Of a stretch of 64,000 nucleotides of DNA, positions 41,620 through 51,843 are shown in pieces. The translations under genes were made by a program, and so were the position numbers. The stretch is from an uncultured Clostridia bacterium. Lineage in GTDB: Bacteria > Bacillota > Clostridia > TANB77 > CAG-508. The DNA is taken from contig CAJFRV010000007.1 in assembly GCA_904419495.1 (NCBI GenBank), positions 21,763 to 85,762 of the forward strand, written 5' to 3'. Each line of letters begins with the position of its first letter. Positions within the stretch are counted from its first letter, which is position 1. The notes beneath the pieces are model-generated. The model was given only the letters and a program-made list of their open reading frames with translations. It did not search any database and was not told the origin of the DNA.

Positions 41620-41854
41620 AATGCACCTCCAAACATATGTACGATTATATCATTTAAAAAATTAAACTGCAATACTTTTAGAACAAATTTTTGAGAGTAA
41701 ACAAATTTAATGAATTTATGTGTCGCAATTTTAAATTTTTTTATAAAAATTGACAAAATATAAAAAATTTTATAGAAATATTGAAAAAAAATAAAGGAAA
41801 CTATATAATACTAAACGATACATACAAAAGTAAATAAAAAAGGATGGTATAAAA

Positions 41855-42844
41855 ATGATACAAATAGAAAGTAAATATGGAAACAATTATGGAAATATAT
41901 ATGGGGAAATAAAAACATCTATTCCAAAAATAAAAGTCATTGGAATAGGTGGAGGTGGCAATAATGCTGTCAGACAAATGGTAGAAGACAAAGTAAAAGA
42001 TGTCGAATTTTATTTTATCAATACAGAACTTGCTATGTTAAATAAAACAAGAATGGAAAATATTTTACAAATTGGAAAAGAAACCACAAAAGGATTAGGA
42101 GCTGGTGCTAATCCAGATATGGGAGAAAAGGCTGCCATTGAAAGCAAAGAAGATATTAAAAAATTATTAGAAGGTACGCAATTATTATTCTTAACTGCAG
42201 GAATGGGTGGCGGAACTGGAACAGGTGCAATTCCAGTAGTTGCAGAAATTGCACAAGAAATGGGGATTCAAACAATTGCCATTGTGACAAAACCATTTTT
42301 ATTTGAAGGAAGATTGAGATCAAGTAGGGCAGATAGCGGAATAGAAAAATTAAAACAATATGTTAATAGTTTAATATTGATTTCAAATGATAAATTGTTA
42401 AAAATAGCTGGTAATCAAAAAATGAGTGTTATCAATGCTTTCAAAATGGCAGATAATGTATTAGAACAAGGAATTAAAAGTATTACAGATCTAATTACAT
42501 CAGTAGGAGATATTAATGTTGACTTTGCAGATATTACAACTATGCTAACATATAAAGGAATGGCATATATGGGAATTGGAGAAGCAGAGGGAGAAGGCAG
42601 AATGGTAGATGCGGTTAATCAAGCAATCGATAATGCACTTACAGAAAACAAAATTAATAATGCTAAAGGTGTTATCTTTAATGTTAGAGGAAATTCAGAA
42701 TTGGCATTAAGTGAAATTAATGATGGTATTGGTAAAATTAATGATTTAATTAGTGAAGATGCCAATGTCGTATTTGGAACAATTACAGATAATTCATTAC
42801 AAGATAAAGTTGTTGTTACAGTTATTGCTACAGGAGTAGAGTAA
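41855..42844 (+). CDS. ftsZ: FtsZ-family GTPase lacking the C-terminal tail
   Basis: [31 protein letters not shown]; ends at VTVIATGVE. Confidence 0.85.
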   Translation: MIQIESKYGNNYGNIYGEIKTSIPKIKVIGIGGGGNNAVRQMVEDKVKDVEFYFINTELAMLNKTRMENILQIGKETTKGLGAGANPDMGEKAAIESKEDIKKLLEGTQLLFLTAGMGGGTGTGAIPVVAEIAQEMGIQTIAIVTKPFLFEGRLRSSRADSGIEKLKQYVNSLILISNDKLLKIAGNQKMSVINAFKMADNVLEQGIKSITDLITSVGDINVDFADITTMLTYKGMAYMGIGEAEGEGRMVDAVNQAIDNALTENKINNAKGVIFNVRGNSELALSEINDGIGKINDLISEDANVVFGTITDNSLQDKVVVTVIATGVE

Positions 42845-42852
42845 AAGAAAAA

Positions 42853-42880
42853 AGGCAGAAATTTTATAAAATTTCTGCCT
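42853..42880. terminator. Perfect 28-bp palindrome between convergent genes
   Basis: AGGCAGAAATTTTATAAAATTTCTGCCT. Confidence 0.65.
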
Positions 42881-42896
42881 AAATACATTTTAAATT

Positions 42897-44406
42897 CTAA
42901 AAACTTTTCATTTTCATATAAACACGTTTTCTATCAAATACTATCATAAAACTTAAATAAGATAGAACAAACAAAGAAATTTGCATAATCGTATTTAATG
43001 AAAAATTTGAAAAAGTGATAGGTAATAGTTTAATTACCAAATAAGATGCCAGACAAGCAAAAATAGGTCTTATAATAAATTTTTTAAAATTCACTGAATA
43101 ATTAATTTTTTTCTTTAGTTGAATACTACTAATTGTAAAATTTAAAAGTTCACTTACAAAAATACTCAAAATATATCCATACATTCCCATCAGAGGGACA
43201 ACAAAAAAGATAATAGATATGGTAACCAATAAATCAATAATATTACAGACCATAACACTAACTTGTTCATTAATACCTTTTAGCATGTTATCTATGATAT
43301 TATCTATATACATGAAAAAAATAAGAGGAGAAAGTATTCTGATCCATTTTCCAGCTTCTATAGATTGATAGACCATTAAACTAATTTCATTAGAGAATAT
43401 AACAAAAATACCTGTAACACCAATAGAAAAAATAAATGTAACTTTAAAAATGGTATCACAAACGGTTTTTAATCTGTTATAATTTTCACCAGCCAGTAAT
43501 CTGGAGAATTCTGGAACTAATAAGCTACTAAAAGAACCAATCAAGACATTAGCAAACATGATAACTGGCATAACCATTCCGACTAATTAAACCATAGTTA
43601 GAGACAGCTAAGGAATAAGAAATGCCTGATAATTCTAAGCGAATTGGAATTAAGAATTGTTTTAAAGAGGAAAGTCCTGAACGTATACAAGAAGTGATAC
43701 TAATCGGAAAAGCAATGGAAAAGATTTTTTTCTTCATTTGTATAGGTAAACTTCTCTTGGATATGTATTTTTTTCTATCAAATAGATAAAAAATGATGTT
43801 TAAACTAAAAGAAAATATTTCAGATATTACATCAGCTAAAATAAGAGAAATACAAATAGATTCTACATCTTTTGAAGGATTTAGATAAAGTAAAAATACA
43901 GTAGCAATTATTTTTACACTTGTTTCTAGAATTTGCGAAATAGCACTTTTATATGGTTTTTCAACAGATGAAAAATATCCTCCAATTACAGAAGAAACAG
44001 AAATAAGAGGTAATCCAAGAGAAATTAGATAAATGGGGATTTCAGATACAGCATGTTTCAACCATGCAGATGAGATTACTGGTGCAAATAAAATAATAAA
44101 AAGGGAACTGGTTATACCTAATAATAAAGCAAAAAGTATAGACGTTTTAACAGCTTTTAAACCATTAATATAATTTCCTTTTGCAAACTCTTCAGATACA
44201 ATGCAAGTACAGGCAATCCCAATACCAGATGTAGCAACTGTTATAGCAAAACTATAAACAGACATTAATAAACTGAAAACTCCAATGGCTTCTGATCCAA
44301 CTTTATTAGCTACATAGATATTAAAAATTAGTCCAATTCCTCTCATGGCTAAGGAAGTACTTGTTAAAATAATTCCATTAATAAAAAATAATTTTGTTTT
44401 TCTCAA
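42897..44406 (-). CDS. SpoVB-like MOP/MATE-superfamily flippase (split by +1 shift at CGG 43581-43579)
   Basis: Multi-TM protein with VGSEAIGVF, SQILE and SLLVPEFS. Removing one base joins NYGLIS-GMVMPV into about 502 aa. Confidence 0.8.
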
Positions 44407-44444
44407 AATATCACCTTATAAATGATATTAGGAAAAATCAATTT

Positions 44445-44734
44445 TATGTCCATTTGGGGACGTTTCTTTTTGGACATTTTCAAGACATTGTAATAAAAAA
44501 TAAAAGTATATAAAAATTTATGAAATGACGAATGTGAATGAAATCATGTTAGAAAAAATTAAAGTATCTAATAGGAGAATCTCAAATTTTGCTTTGAGAG
44601 GTGCCTATTAGATACTTTTAGTTTTTCTCATGATGTAATGTTAGCCGAGGAATAAAATAAATTTTTATATACTTTTCTTTTTTATATAACTATTTTAAAA
44701 AATGTCCAAAAAGAAACGTCCCCAAATGGACATA
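44445..44734. mobile_element. ~290-bp foldback/MITE- or REPIN-like element
   Basis: Perfect 36-bp terminal inverted repeats (TATGTCCATTTGGGGACGTTTCTTTTTGGACATTTT) plus nested internal inverted segments; non-coding. Confidence 0.7.
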
Positions 44735-45475
44735 TTATGTTTTTAAGGACATTAAAGTAACATTTACTAATCCTTCAGTAACAGAAGATAATATTTTTAT
44801 ATCATTTCCAGTATCATTTTTAAATTTAAAATCATAACTACCATAAGCAACTGCTGCATCCTTTCCTTCTGGTACATAAGGTACATGATTGCTATGAGGA
44901 TGTCTTTCTACAACAGTTAAACCTGATGTTGCTAATACAGCATTATATAATGTACTACTAACTTGACAATTACCACCACCATATCCTTTTTTCTTATTTC
45001 CATTATGATCATATATATCCGCTTCTAGATAACCTTTACTACTTGTAGCAGGTCCAACTGTATTACAAAAAGAAAACGTGTCACCACTTTTTACAATAGT
45101 ATCATTCAAGGTAGAAGTAGTAATTTCCATATTTTTTGTTCTATTAGAATCATTAGAATAAATTTTAGTAGAGAATGCTGATAATTGTTCTTCAGTTGTT
45201 TGAGAAGTAGTATTTGTAGTGTTTTCTGTAGTAGAAGAATTTTCAGATGTTGTATTATCTGAAGTGTTATTTGTAGTATTCTCATTGTGAGAAGTATTTT
45301 CTTCAGGAGCTGTATTTTCATTATGTGCTATAGTATTTTCACTTGAAGTTCTATTAGCTTCATAATTTGCATTTTTACTATTATCAGAGGAAGTATTTCT
45401 TACATAAAAAAATATACCAATTCCAATTAACGCAAGTAGTCCAATAATGATAAAAATTCCTAATTTTTTATTCAT
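44735..45475 (-). CDS. VanW-family protein
   Basis: TFSFCNTVG, GGGNCQVSSTLYNA, ERHPHS, YVPEGKDAAV, DFKFKN; N-terminal TM and N/T/S-rich linker. Start taken at MNKKLG. Confidence 0.88.
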   Translation of the reverse strand: MNKKLGIFIIIGLLALIGIGIFFYVRNTSSDNSKNANYEANRTSSENTIAHNENTAPEENTSHNENTTNNTSDNTTSENSSTTENTTNTTSQTTEEQLSAFSTKIYSNDSNRTKNMEITTSTLNDTIVKSGDTFSFCNTVGPATSSKGYLEADIYDHNGNKKKGYGGGNCQVSSTLYNAVLATSGLTVVERHPHSNHVPYVPEGKDAAVAYGSYDFKFKNDTGNDIKILSSVTEGLVNVTLMSLKT

Positions 45476-45579
45476 ATAAATCACCAGATTTATTATAACC
45501 AAAACTTTAAAAATTATTGACAATTAGCTAAAAAAAATATATAATTATATATGTATATTAAAGAAAAGAGGAGAAAAAT

Positions 45580-45756
45580 ATGCTTGCTAAATATTGGAAA
45601 AAAATTGGAATGCTTATTTTAATTATAGCTTGTGTGTTTAATGTTATGAATAAATTGGTACATAAACTTTCGCTTAACAGTGAAATGTTGTCTTCTGCAC
45701 AATATGTATATGATCAACAACAAAATGAAGAAAATAATGAAAATAACACAAATTAG
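45580..45756 (+). CDS. Small membrane protein (58 aa, not in the supplied ORF track)
   Basis: GAGGAG RBS then MLAKYWKKIGMLILIIACVFNVMNKLVHKLSLNSEMLSSAQYVYDQQQNEENNENNTN. Confidence 0.65.
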   Translation: MLAKYWKKIGMLILIIACVFNVMNKLVHKLSLNSEMLSSAQYVYDQQQNEENNENNTN

Positions 45757-45833
45757 GACTTGAAAAATATAAAAAAATGTGTTATGATGAAAAACAGTCG
45801 AGTTATTTCAATTTAAGAAAGAGGTGAACAATA

Positions 45834-46034
45834 ATGAAAGAAGGAATACATCCAAATTACAACCAAACAACAATCACATGTGCATGTGGTAATGTTTTAG
45901 AAGTTGGTTCAACAAAAAAAGATATTAAAGTAGATATATGCTCTAAATGTCATCCATTTTGGACAGGAAATTTAAGACAAGAAACAGCCGGAGGTAGAGC
46001 AGATAAATTCAAGAAAAAATATGGTCTTGCATAA
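45834..46034 (+). CDS. rpmE: 50S ribosomal protein L31 (zinc-binding type)
   Basis: [23 protein letters not shown]. Confidence 0.97.
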   Translation: MKEGIHPNYNQTTITCACGNVLEVGSTKKDIKVDICSKCHPFWTGNLRQETAGGRADKFKKKYGLA

Positions 46035-46067
46035 AAATAAAAGTAGAAAAAACTCTACTTTTATTTT
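46033..46067. terminator. Bidirectional terminator
   Basis: AAAATAAAAGTAGA / TCTACTTTTATTTT inverted repeat. Confidence 0.7.
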
Positions 46068-46076
46068 TTTATTTCG

Positions 46077-46757
46077 TTAACGCATATCTTTCTTATATAA
46101 TTTAAGTATTTCATGAAAAGTTAAAATATCAAAAACTTTTAGTTTTGCTTTTTTCCCAGACAAAGGAGAATGGATAGTTCCTTTTGGTGTTAGAAAAACC
46201 AAATAATTATATGAGGAAATAAATAATTCCACATTTCCATTGTCATTTGTATCATATCCATATCCAAATTCAACAAATTCGTTGTTATCATTTAAAGTCA
46301 AAAGTGTTACATAAGGCCTAAAATAGTTATGCTTGTCTAATATTTCATAAGTTACTAAAAATACATTATGAAAAGAAATCCCTTCTAATCGAAAAGATTT
46401 AATAAATTTTATATCAATTAAATTTAGTATTCTAGCTTCGTCTAATAGATTCATATAATCTGGTAAATCTTTTATAGGTAGTAATTTTTGATTTGTTAAA
46501 AAATAAGGATTTATTGTATTTCCACTTAAAGCATCAACATAAGATTTCATTTCTAACATTCCCCATAAATCAAGTAAATTAGTATCTATTTTATTTTTAC
46601 TATTTTTTTCTTCTAACTCTTTTATGTTTAATAACTGTAAATCTTCCAAAGATATATCCGCAGAAGAATTTTTTGCCTGTTTATAGACTTGTTCTACATG
46701 AGTATCATTTTTTCTTTTAGAATGTTTTGTTTTTAATAAAGAACTAAAATCTCCCAT
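46077..46757 (-). CDS. Hypothetical protein
   Basis: 226-aa ORF with AAGGAGG RBS; no family recognised. Confidence 0.6.
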   Translation of the reverse strand: MGDFSSLLKTKHSKRKNDTHVEQVYKQAKNSSADISLEDLQLLNIKELEEKNSKNKIDTNLLDLWGMLEMKSYVDALSGNTINPYFLTNQKLLPIKDLPDYMNLLDEARILNLIDIKFIKSFRLEGISFHNVFLVTYEILDKHNYFRPYVTLLTLNDNNEFVEFGYGYDTNDNGNVELFISSYNYLVFLTPKGTIHSPLSGKKAKLKVFDILTFHEILKLYKKDMR

Positions 46758-46889
46758 AACACATAATCCTCCTTATATTCTAGTACTTATATTATATCAT
46801 CAAAAATGAATTTTAAAAAGATTTGCTTATAAATTTCTTGCAAAAATCGTGAAAATATAATAAAATATGCAGATGATGGAGGTATAAGT

Positions 46890-48302
46890 GTGGATACAAT
46901 AAATGAAGTAAAAAAACAAGAAACTTATATAGAAAAAGTAAAAGAATTAAATCATAAAAAGAATTTAAAATATCATATTTTAACAATGGGATGCCAGCTA
47001 AATGAAAACGATTCTGAGAAACTTTGTGGTATGCTAGAAAAAATGGGATATATAAAGACAGATAATTTTCAAGAAGCAGATTTAAACTTATTTAATACTT
47101 GTTGTGTAAGGGAAAATGCAGAGGATAAATTATTTGGAAAATTAGGTGAACTAAAAAGAATAAAAGAAGAAAAAGGAACTGTTATTGCAATTGGTGGCTG
47201 TATGATGCAAGAAAAACACATAACAGATAAAATAAAAGAAAGTTATCCTTTTGTCGATATCTTATTTGGAACACATACTTTGTATCGTTTTCCAGAAGAT
47301 TTATACAAAGCATTAATTGAAAAGAAAAAACAAGAAGATATTTTAGATATTGATGGAGAAATCTATGAAGGGCTTCCTATAAAAAGAGATAGCAATATAA
47401 AAGCGTCTGTTACGATTATGAATGGATGTAATAATTTTTGTACATATTGTATTGTACCATATGTAAGGGGAAGAGAGAGAAGTAGAGAACCTAGAGAAAT
47501 TGTAAGAGAAGTAGAAGAATTAGCAAAACAAGGATATAAAGAAATTACTTTATTAGGACAAAATGTAAATTCATATTTACGAGTAGAAAAAGAAAAAGGA
47601 AAAGCATTCGAAGCATATGAAGGTATTAATTCCTTTGCAACATTGCTAAGGGCAATCAATAAAATAGAAGGAATTGAAAGAATTCGATTTGTTTCACCAC
47701 ATCCAAAGGATTTTACAGATGATGTAATAGATGCGATTAGAGACTGCAATAAAGTATGTAAATTGATACATTTACCATTACAATCTGGAAACACAAAAGT
47801 ATTAAAAGAAATGAATCGAAGATATACAAAAGAGCAATATTTAAATCTAGTTGAAAAAATGAAAACAAAGATACCAAATTTAACTTTATCTACAGATATT
47901 ATTGTCGGATTCCCGGGAGAAACAGAGGAAGAATTTGAAGATACCTTAGATGTAGTAAGAAAAGTAAGATTTGAACAAGTATATATGTTTATCTATTCTA
48001 GAAGAGTAGGTACACCCGGAGATAAAATGGAAAATCAAGTTCTAGAAGAGACAAAACATAAACGTTTTGATAGATTAAAAGCATTGGTAGAAAGTCAGAT
48101 AGAAGAAAATAATCAAAAATATGTAGGAACTGTTCAAAAAGTATTGGTTGAAGGAACAAGTAAGAATAATGAAAATATGCTAACAGGAAGAACAGATAGT
48201 AATAAAGTCGTTATTTTCGAAGGAAAAAAGGATTTAATTGGTAAAATAATTGATTTGAACATTGTTTCTGAACATATGTGGTATTTGAAAGGAAAATGTT
48301 AA
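46890..48302 (+). CDS. miaB: tRNA-2-methylthio-N6-dimethylallyladenosine synthase
   Basis: TMGCQLNENDSE, NTCCVRENA, GCNNFCTYCIVP, LLGQNVNSY, TRAM domain. Confidence 0.95.
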   Translation: MDTINEVKKQETYIEKVKELNHKKNLKYHILTMGCQLNENDSEKLCGMLEKMGYIKTDNFQEADLNLFNTCCVRENAEDKLFGKLGELKRIKEEKGTVIAIGGCMMQEKHITDKIKESYPFVDILFGTHTLYRFPEDLYKALIEKKKQEDILDIDGEIYEGLPIKRDSNIKASVTIMNGCNNFCTYCIVPYVRGRERSREPREIVREVEELAKQGYKEITLLGQNVNSYLRVEKEKGKAFEAYEGINSFATLLRAINKIEGIERIRFVSPHPKDFTDDVIDAIRDCNKVCKLIHLPLQSGNTKVLKEMNRRYTKEQYLNLVEKMKTKIPNLTLSTDIIVGFPGETEEEFEDTLDVVRKVRFEQVYMFIYSRRVGTPGDKMENQVLEETKHKRFDRLKALVESQIEENNQKYVGTVQKVLVEGTSKNNENMLTGRTDSNKVVIFEGKKDLIGKIIDLNIVSEHMWYLKGKC

Positions 48303-48306
48303 AGAA

Positions 48307-49119
48307 ATGAAAGGGCAAAAACAAATTCATGAAAAATTAGACTTAGGTGAAAATAAGAAATATGATGATGCAGTAGAAGAATTGACACTTAAATTTTCAC
48401 CTGAATTAGGAAAAAAAATAGGAAATTTATTTATGGAATTGCATTTACAAGATCAACATATGAATGTAGATACCTATATGGCATCCATGAGAGATATATT
48501 TATTTTACTAAGTCAAAGGAATAAAGGAATTTCTCAAAAAGATGATGCCTTTATTGACGAACAAGATATATTGGAACTTGTACAAAGATACCCTAGAATT
48601 TTAAGCCAAACTGTGTTGGAAAAAGTTAATCAGAATCTAACAGTATTAGATAATTTAAGCTGTATGGATACACAAAAAGTAAATCGATTGATTAAACTAT
48701 CGAAAGGATATATTTTTAGTATAGGGGTAAATAAGTTAAACGAAACTTGCTTATTTTTAGATAATATATTTGTTATAGATGAATTAGGTAGAAAAAGAAA
48801 TGCAGCAGAATATATGTTAAATGACTTGGGAGAAAAAAACTTACAAGTTAGTACGAAAAAGATATATGCAAGATTAATGCATATTTGTACAACAAGTCAG
48901 ACAAATGTACTTTTGAAAAAAGCATTTGATTTTTGCTATAAAAGAAATGAAGAAGAGTATGAAAACAAATATCATATTAGTCAAGAACAATTGGAGAATG
49001 AATATGTACTGCCAAGTACAGAAAATATAGAAATATATAAACAAAAAATTAAAGAAAGTATAGACAGGATAATTCATCCTATTTATGGAGAACAAAATGA
49101 AGGTAAAGGAGAACTATAA
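48307..49119 (+). CDS. Hypothetical protein
   Basis: 270-aa helical ORF tightly packed between miaB and mutS. Confidence 0.65.
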   Translation: MKGQKQIHEKLDLGENKKYDDAVEELTLKFSPELGKKIGNLFMELHLQDQHMNVDTYMASMRDIFILLSQRNKGISQKDDAFIDEQDILELVQRYPRILSQTVLEKVNQNLTVLDNLSCMDTQKVNRLIKLSKGYIFSIGVNKLNETCLFLDNIFVIDELGRKRNAAEYMLNDLGEKNLQVSTKKIYARLMHICTTSQTNVLLKKAFDFCYKRNEEEYENKYHISQEQLENEYVLPSTENIEIYKQKIKESIDRIIHPIYGEQNEGKGEL

Positions 49120-51728
49120 ATGTCAGAAAATAAAAACAAAGAATTTTCACCTATGATGCAACGATATCTTGAAACCAAAGAACAATACAAAGATTGTATC
49201 TTGTTTTATAGACTAGGTGACTTTTATGAAATGTTTTTTGATGATGCTATTACTGCAGCAAGAGAACTAGAAATAACATTAACAGGAAAAGATTGTGGGC
49301 AAGAAGAAAGAGCACCAATGGCAGGTGTACCACACCATGCTGCCGAAATGTATATTTCAAGATTAATTGCAAAAGGATATAAAGTTGCTATATGTGAACA
49401 ATTAGAAGATCCAAAAAATGCAAAAGGAATCGTAAAAAGAGGTGTTATCAGAGTTGTAACACCGGGAACAATCGTAGAAAGTAATATGCTTGAAGAAAGA
49501 AAAAATAATTATATCATGTCTATTTTTAAATCTGGCATCTATTTTGGAATTGGTGTATGTGATATATCAACAGGAGAGTTTTATGCAGCAGAAATTAAGG
49601 ATAACAATAATTTCCCACAATTACTAGATGAAATTGCAAGATATACACCGTCAGAATTAGTCATTAATTCCAATTTAGCAGATTGCACTGAAGAAATGAG
49701 TAAAATAAGAGAACGTTTTCAATGCTATATCACAAGATTTCAAGACAAATTTTATGATAGTAAACCAGATATCATTAAATTACGATTTAACTTAGTAGAT
49801 CCAAACCAAAAGCTAATTGAAAATATAGAAGAAAGAAGCTTTGCTGTAGCAAGTATTAATGCTTTAATTGAATACATAGAACAAACACAAATGACCAGTT
49901 TAGACCATATTAATAAAATTACAATTTATCAAATATCTAAATATATGTCATTAGATATTAATGCTAGAAGAAACTTAGAAATCACAGAAAAGATGAGAGA
50001 CAAATCAAAAAAAGGAACTTTGTTATGGGTATTAGATAAAACGTCAACTTCTATGGGAGGAAGACATTTAAGAAGATGGTTAAATGATCCATTAATTGAT
50101 ACCTTAGAAATTAATAGGAGATTAGAATCAGTAAAAGAATTAAAAGAAAATGTTATGCTTAGAGGTGATGTCATAGACAATCTAAAAAAGGTCTATGATA
50201 TTGAAAGATTAGCAGGTAAAATGGCTTATGGTAATGCCAATGCAAGAGATATGATTACATTAAAAAATTCTTTAGCAAGATTACCAGAAGTAGTGAATCT
50301 CCAATGTTAAAAGACATCTACGATAATTTAGACGAATTACAAGACATTTACGAATTAATTGAAAAATCGATTGTAGATGATCCACCAATGACTGTAAAAG
50401 ATGGTGGCATTATCAAATTAGGATATGATGAAGAAGTAGATAAACTAAAAACAGCAACAACAGAAGGGAAAAACTGGATTATTCAATTAGAAGCTGAAGA
50501 AAGAGAAAAAACAGGAATTAAAAATTTAAAAGTAGGGTTTAATAAAGTATTTGGTTATTTCATAGAAGTAACAAAATCAAACTTAGACCAAGTTCCTGAA
50601 AGATATGTAAGAAAGCAAACGTTAACAAATGCAGAAAGATATATTACAGAAGAATTGAAAAACTTAGAAAATCAAATATTGGGTGCAGAAGAAAAGGTCG
50701 TTAGTTTAGAATATGACTTATTTACAAAAATAAGGGAAGAAATTGCTAAAAATATTAGAAGATTACAAAAAACAGCAACAATGGTATCTACTCTAGATGT
50801 GTTAGCATCATTTGCACAGGTTGCAGAAGATATGAATTATTGTATGCCACAAGTAGACAATTCAGGAATTATTGATATAAAGGGAGGAAGACACCCTGTT
50901 ATAGAAAAAATGCTAGGTACGGGTGAATTTGTTGAAAATGATACCTATTTAGATGAAGATGAAAATAGATTGTCAATCATCACAGGACCGAATATGGCGG
51001 GTAAATCTACCTATATGAGACAAGTCGCTTTAATTACATTAATGGCACAAGTAGGAAGTTTTGTTCCAGCAGAAGAGGCAAAAATTGGTGTAGTTGATAA
51101 AATTTTTACAAGAGTTGGTGCATCTGATGATTTAAGTATGGGTCAGAGTACATTTATGGTAGAAATGATGGAAGTAGCAACCATTTTAAAAGAAGCCACA
51201 CAAAATAGTTTAGTTATCCTAGATGAGATTGGAAGAGGAACTTCTACCTATGATGGATTGTCTATTGCTTGGGCAGTAGCGGAATATATAGCAAATAAGG
51301 AAAAATGTGGTGCAAAAACATTATTTGCAACACATTACCATGAATTAACAGAATTAGAAGAGAAAATAGAAGGTGTTAAAAACTATTCTATTGCTGTTAA
51401 GGAAAAAGGAGAAGATATTGTCTTTTTAAGAAAGATTGTCAGAGGTGGAACAGATGAAAGTTATGGTATTCATGTAGCAAGATTAGCAGGTGTTCCAAAA
51501 TTAGTTACAGAAGAGGCAAATAAAATTCTAAAATCTTTGGAAAGAAAAAACATCTTAACAGGTAAAAAAGAAGAAAAGAAAGATAAAAAACAAGTGGAAG
51601 GGCAATTTGATATGTATAATTTCAAATTAGCAGAAATTGCCCATGAAATTGATAAAATTAATTTGAATGAATTAACACCAATTGATGCATTAAATACATT
51701 GGTAAGAATAAAAGAAAAGATGAAGTAA
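49120..51728 (+). CDS. mutS: DNA mismatch repair protein MutS (frameshifted near 50290)
   Basis: SPMMQRY and FYRLGDFYEMF in ORF1; TGPNMAGKST, DEIGRGTST, ATHYHEL and SYGIHVA in ORF2. Confidence 0.93.
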
Positions 51729-51733
51729 TTCGA

Positions 51734-51763
51734 TAATACCTATCCAAGTGCGGATAGGTATTA
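51734..51763 (+). terminator. Stem-loop after mutS
   Basis: TAATACCTATCC / GGATAGGTATTA 12-bp stem. Confidence 0.6.
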
Positions 51764-51843
51764 CTTATATGGTTACAAATTGACATAATGTTCATAAAAG
51801 TGATACAATAATATACGGAAAATTTTAATTAGAGGAGAAAATT

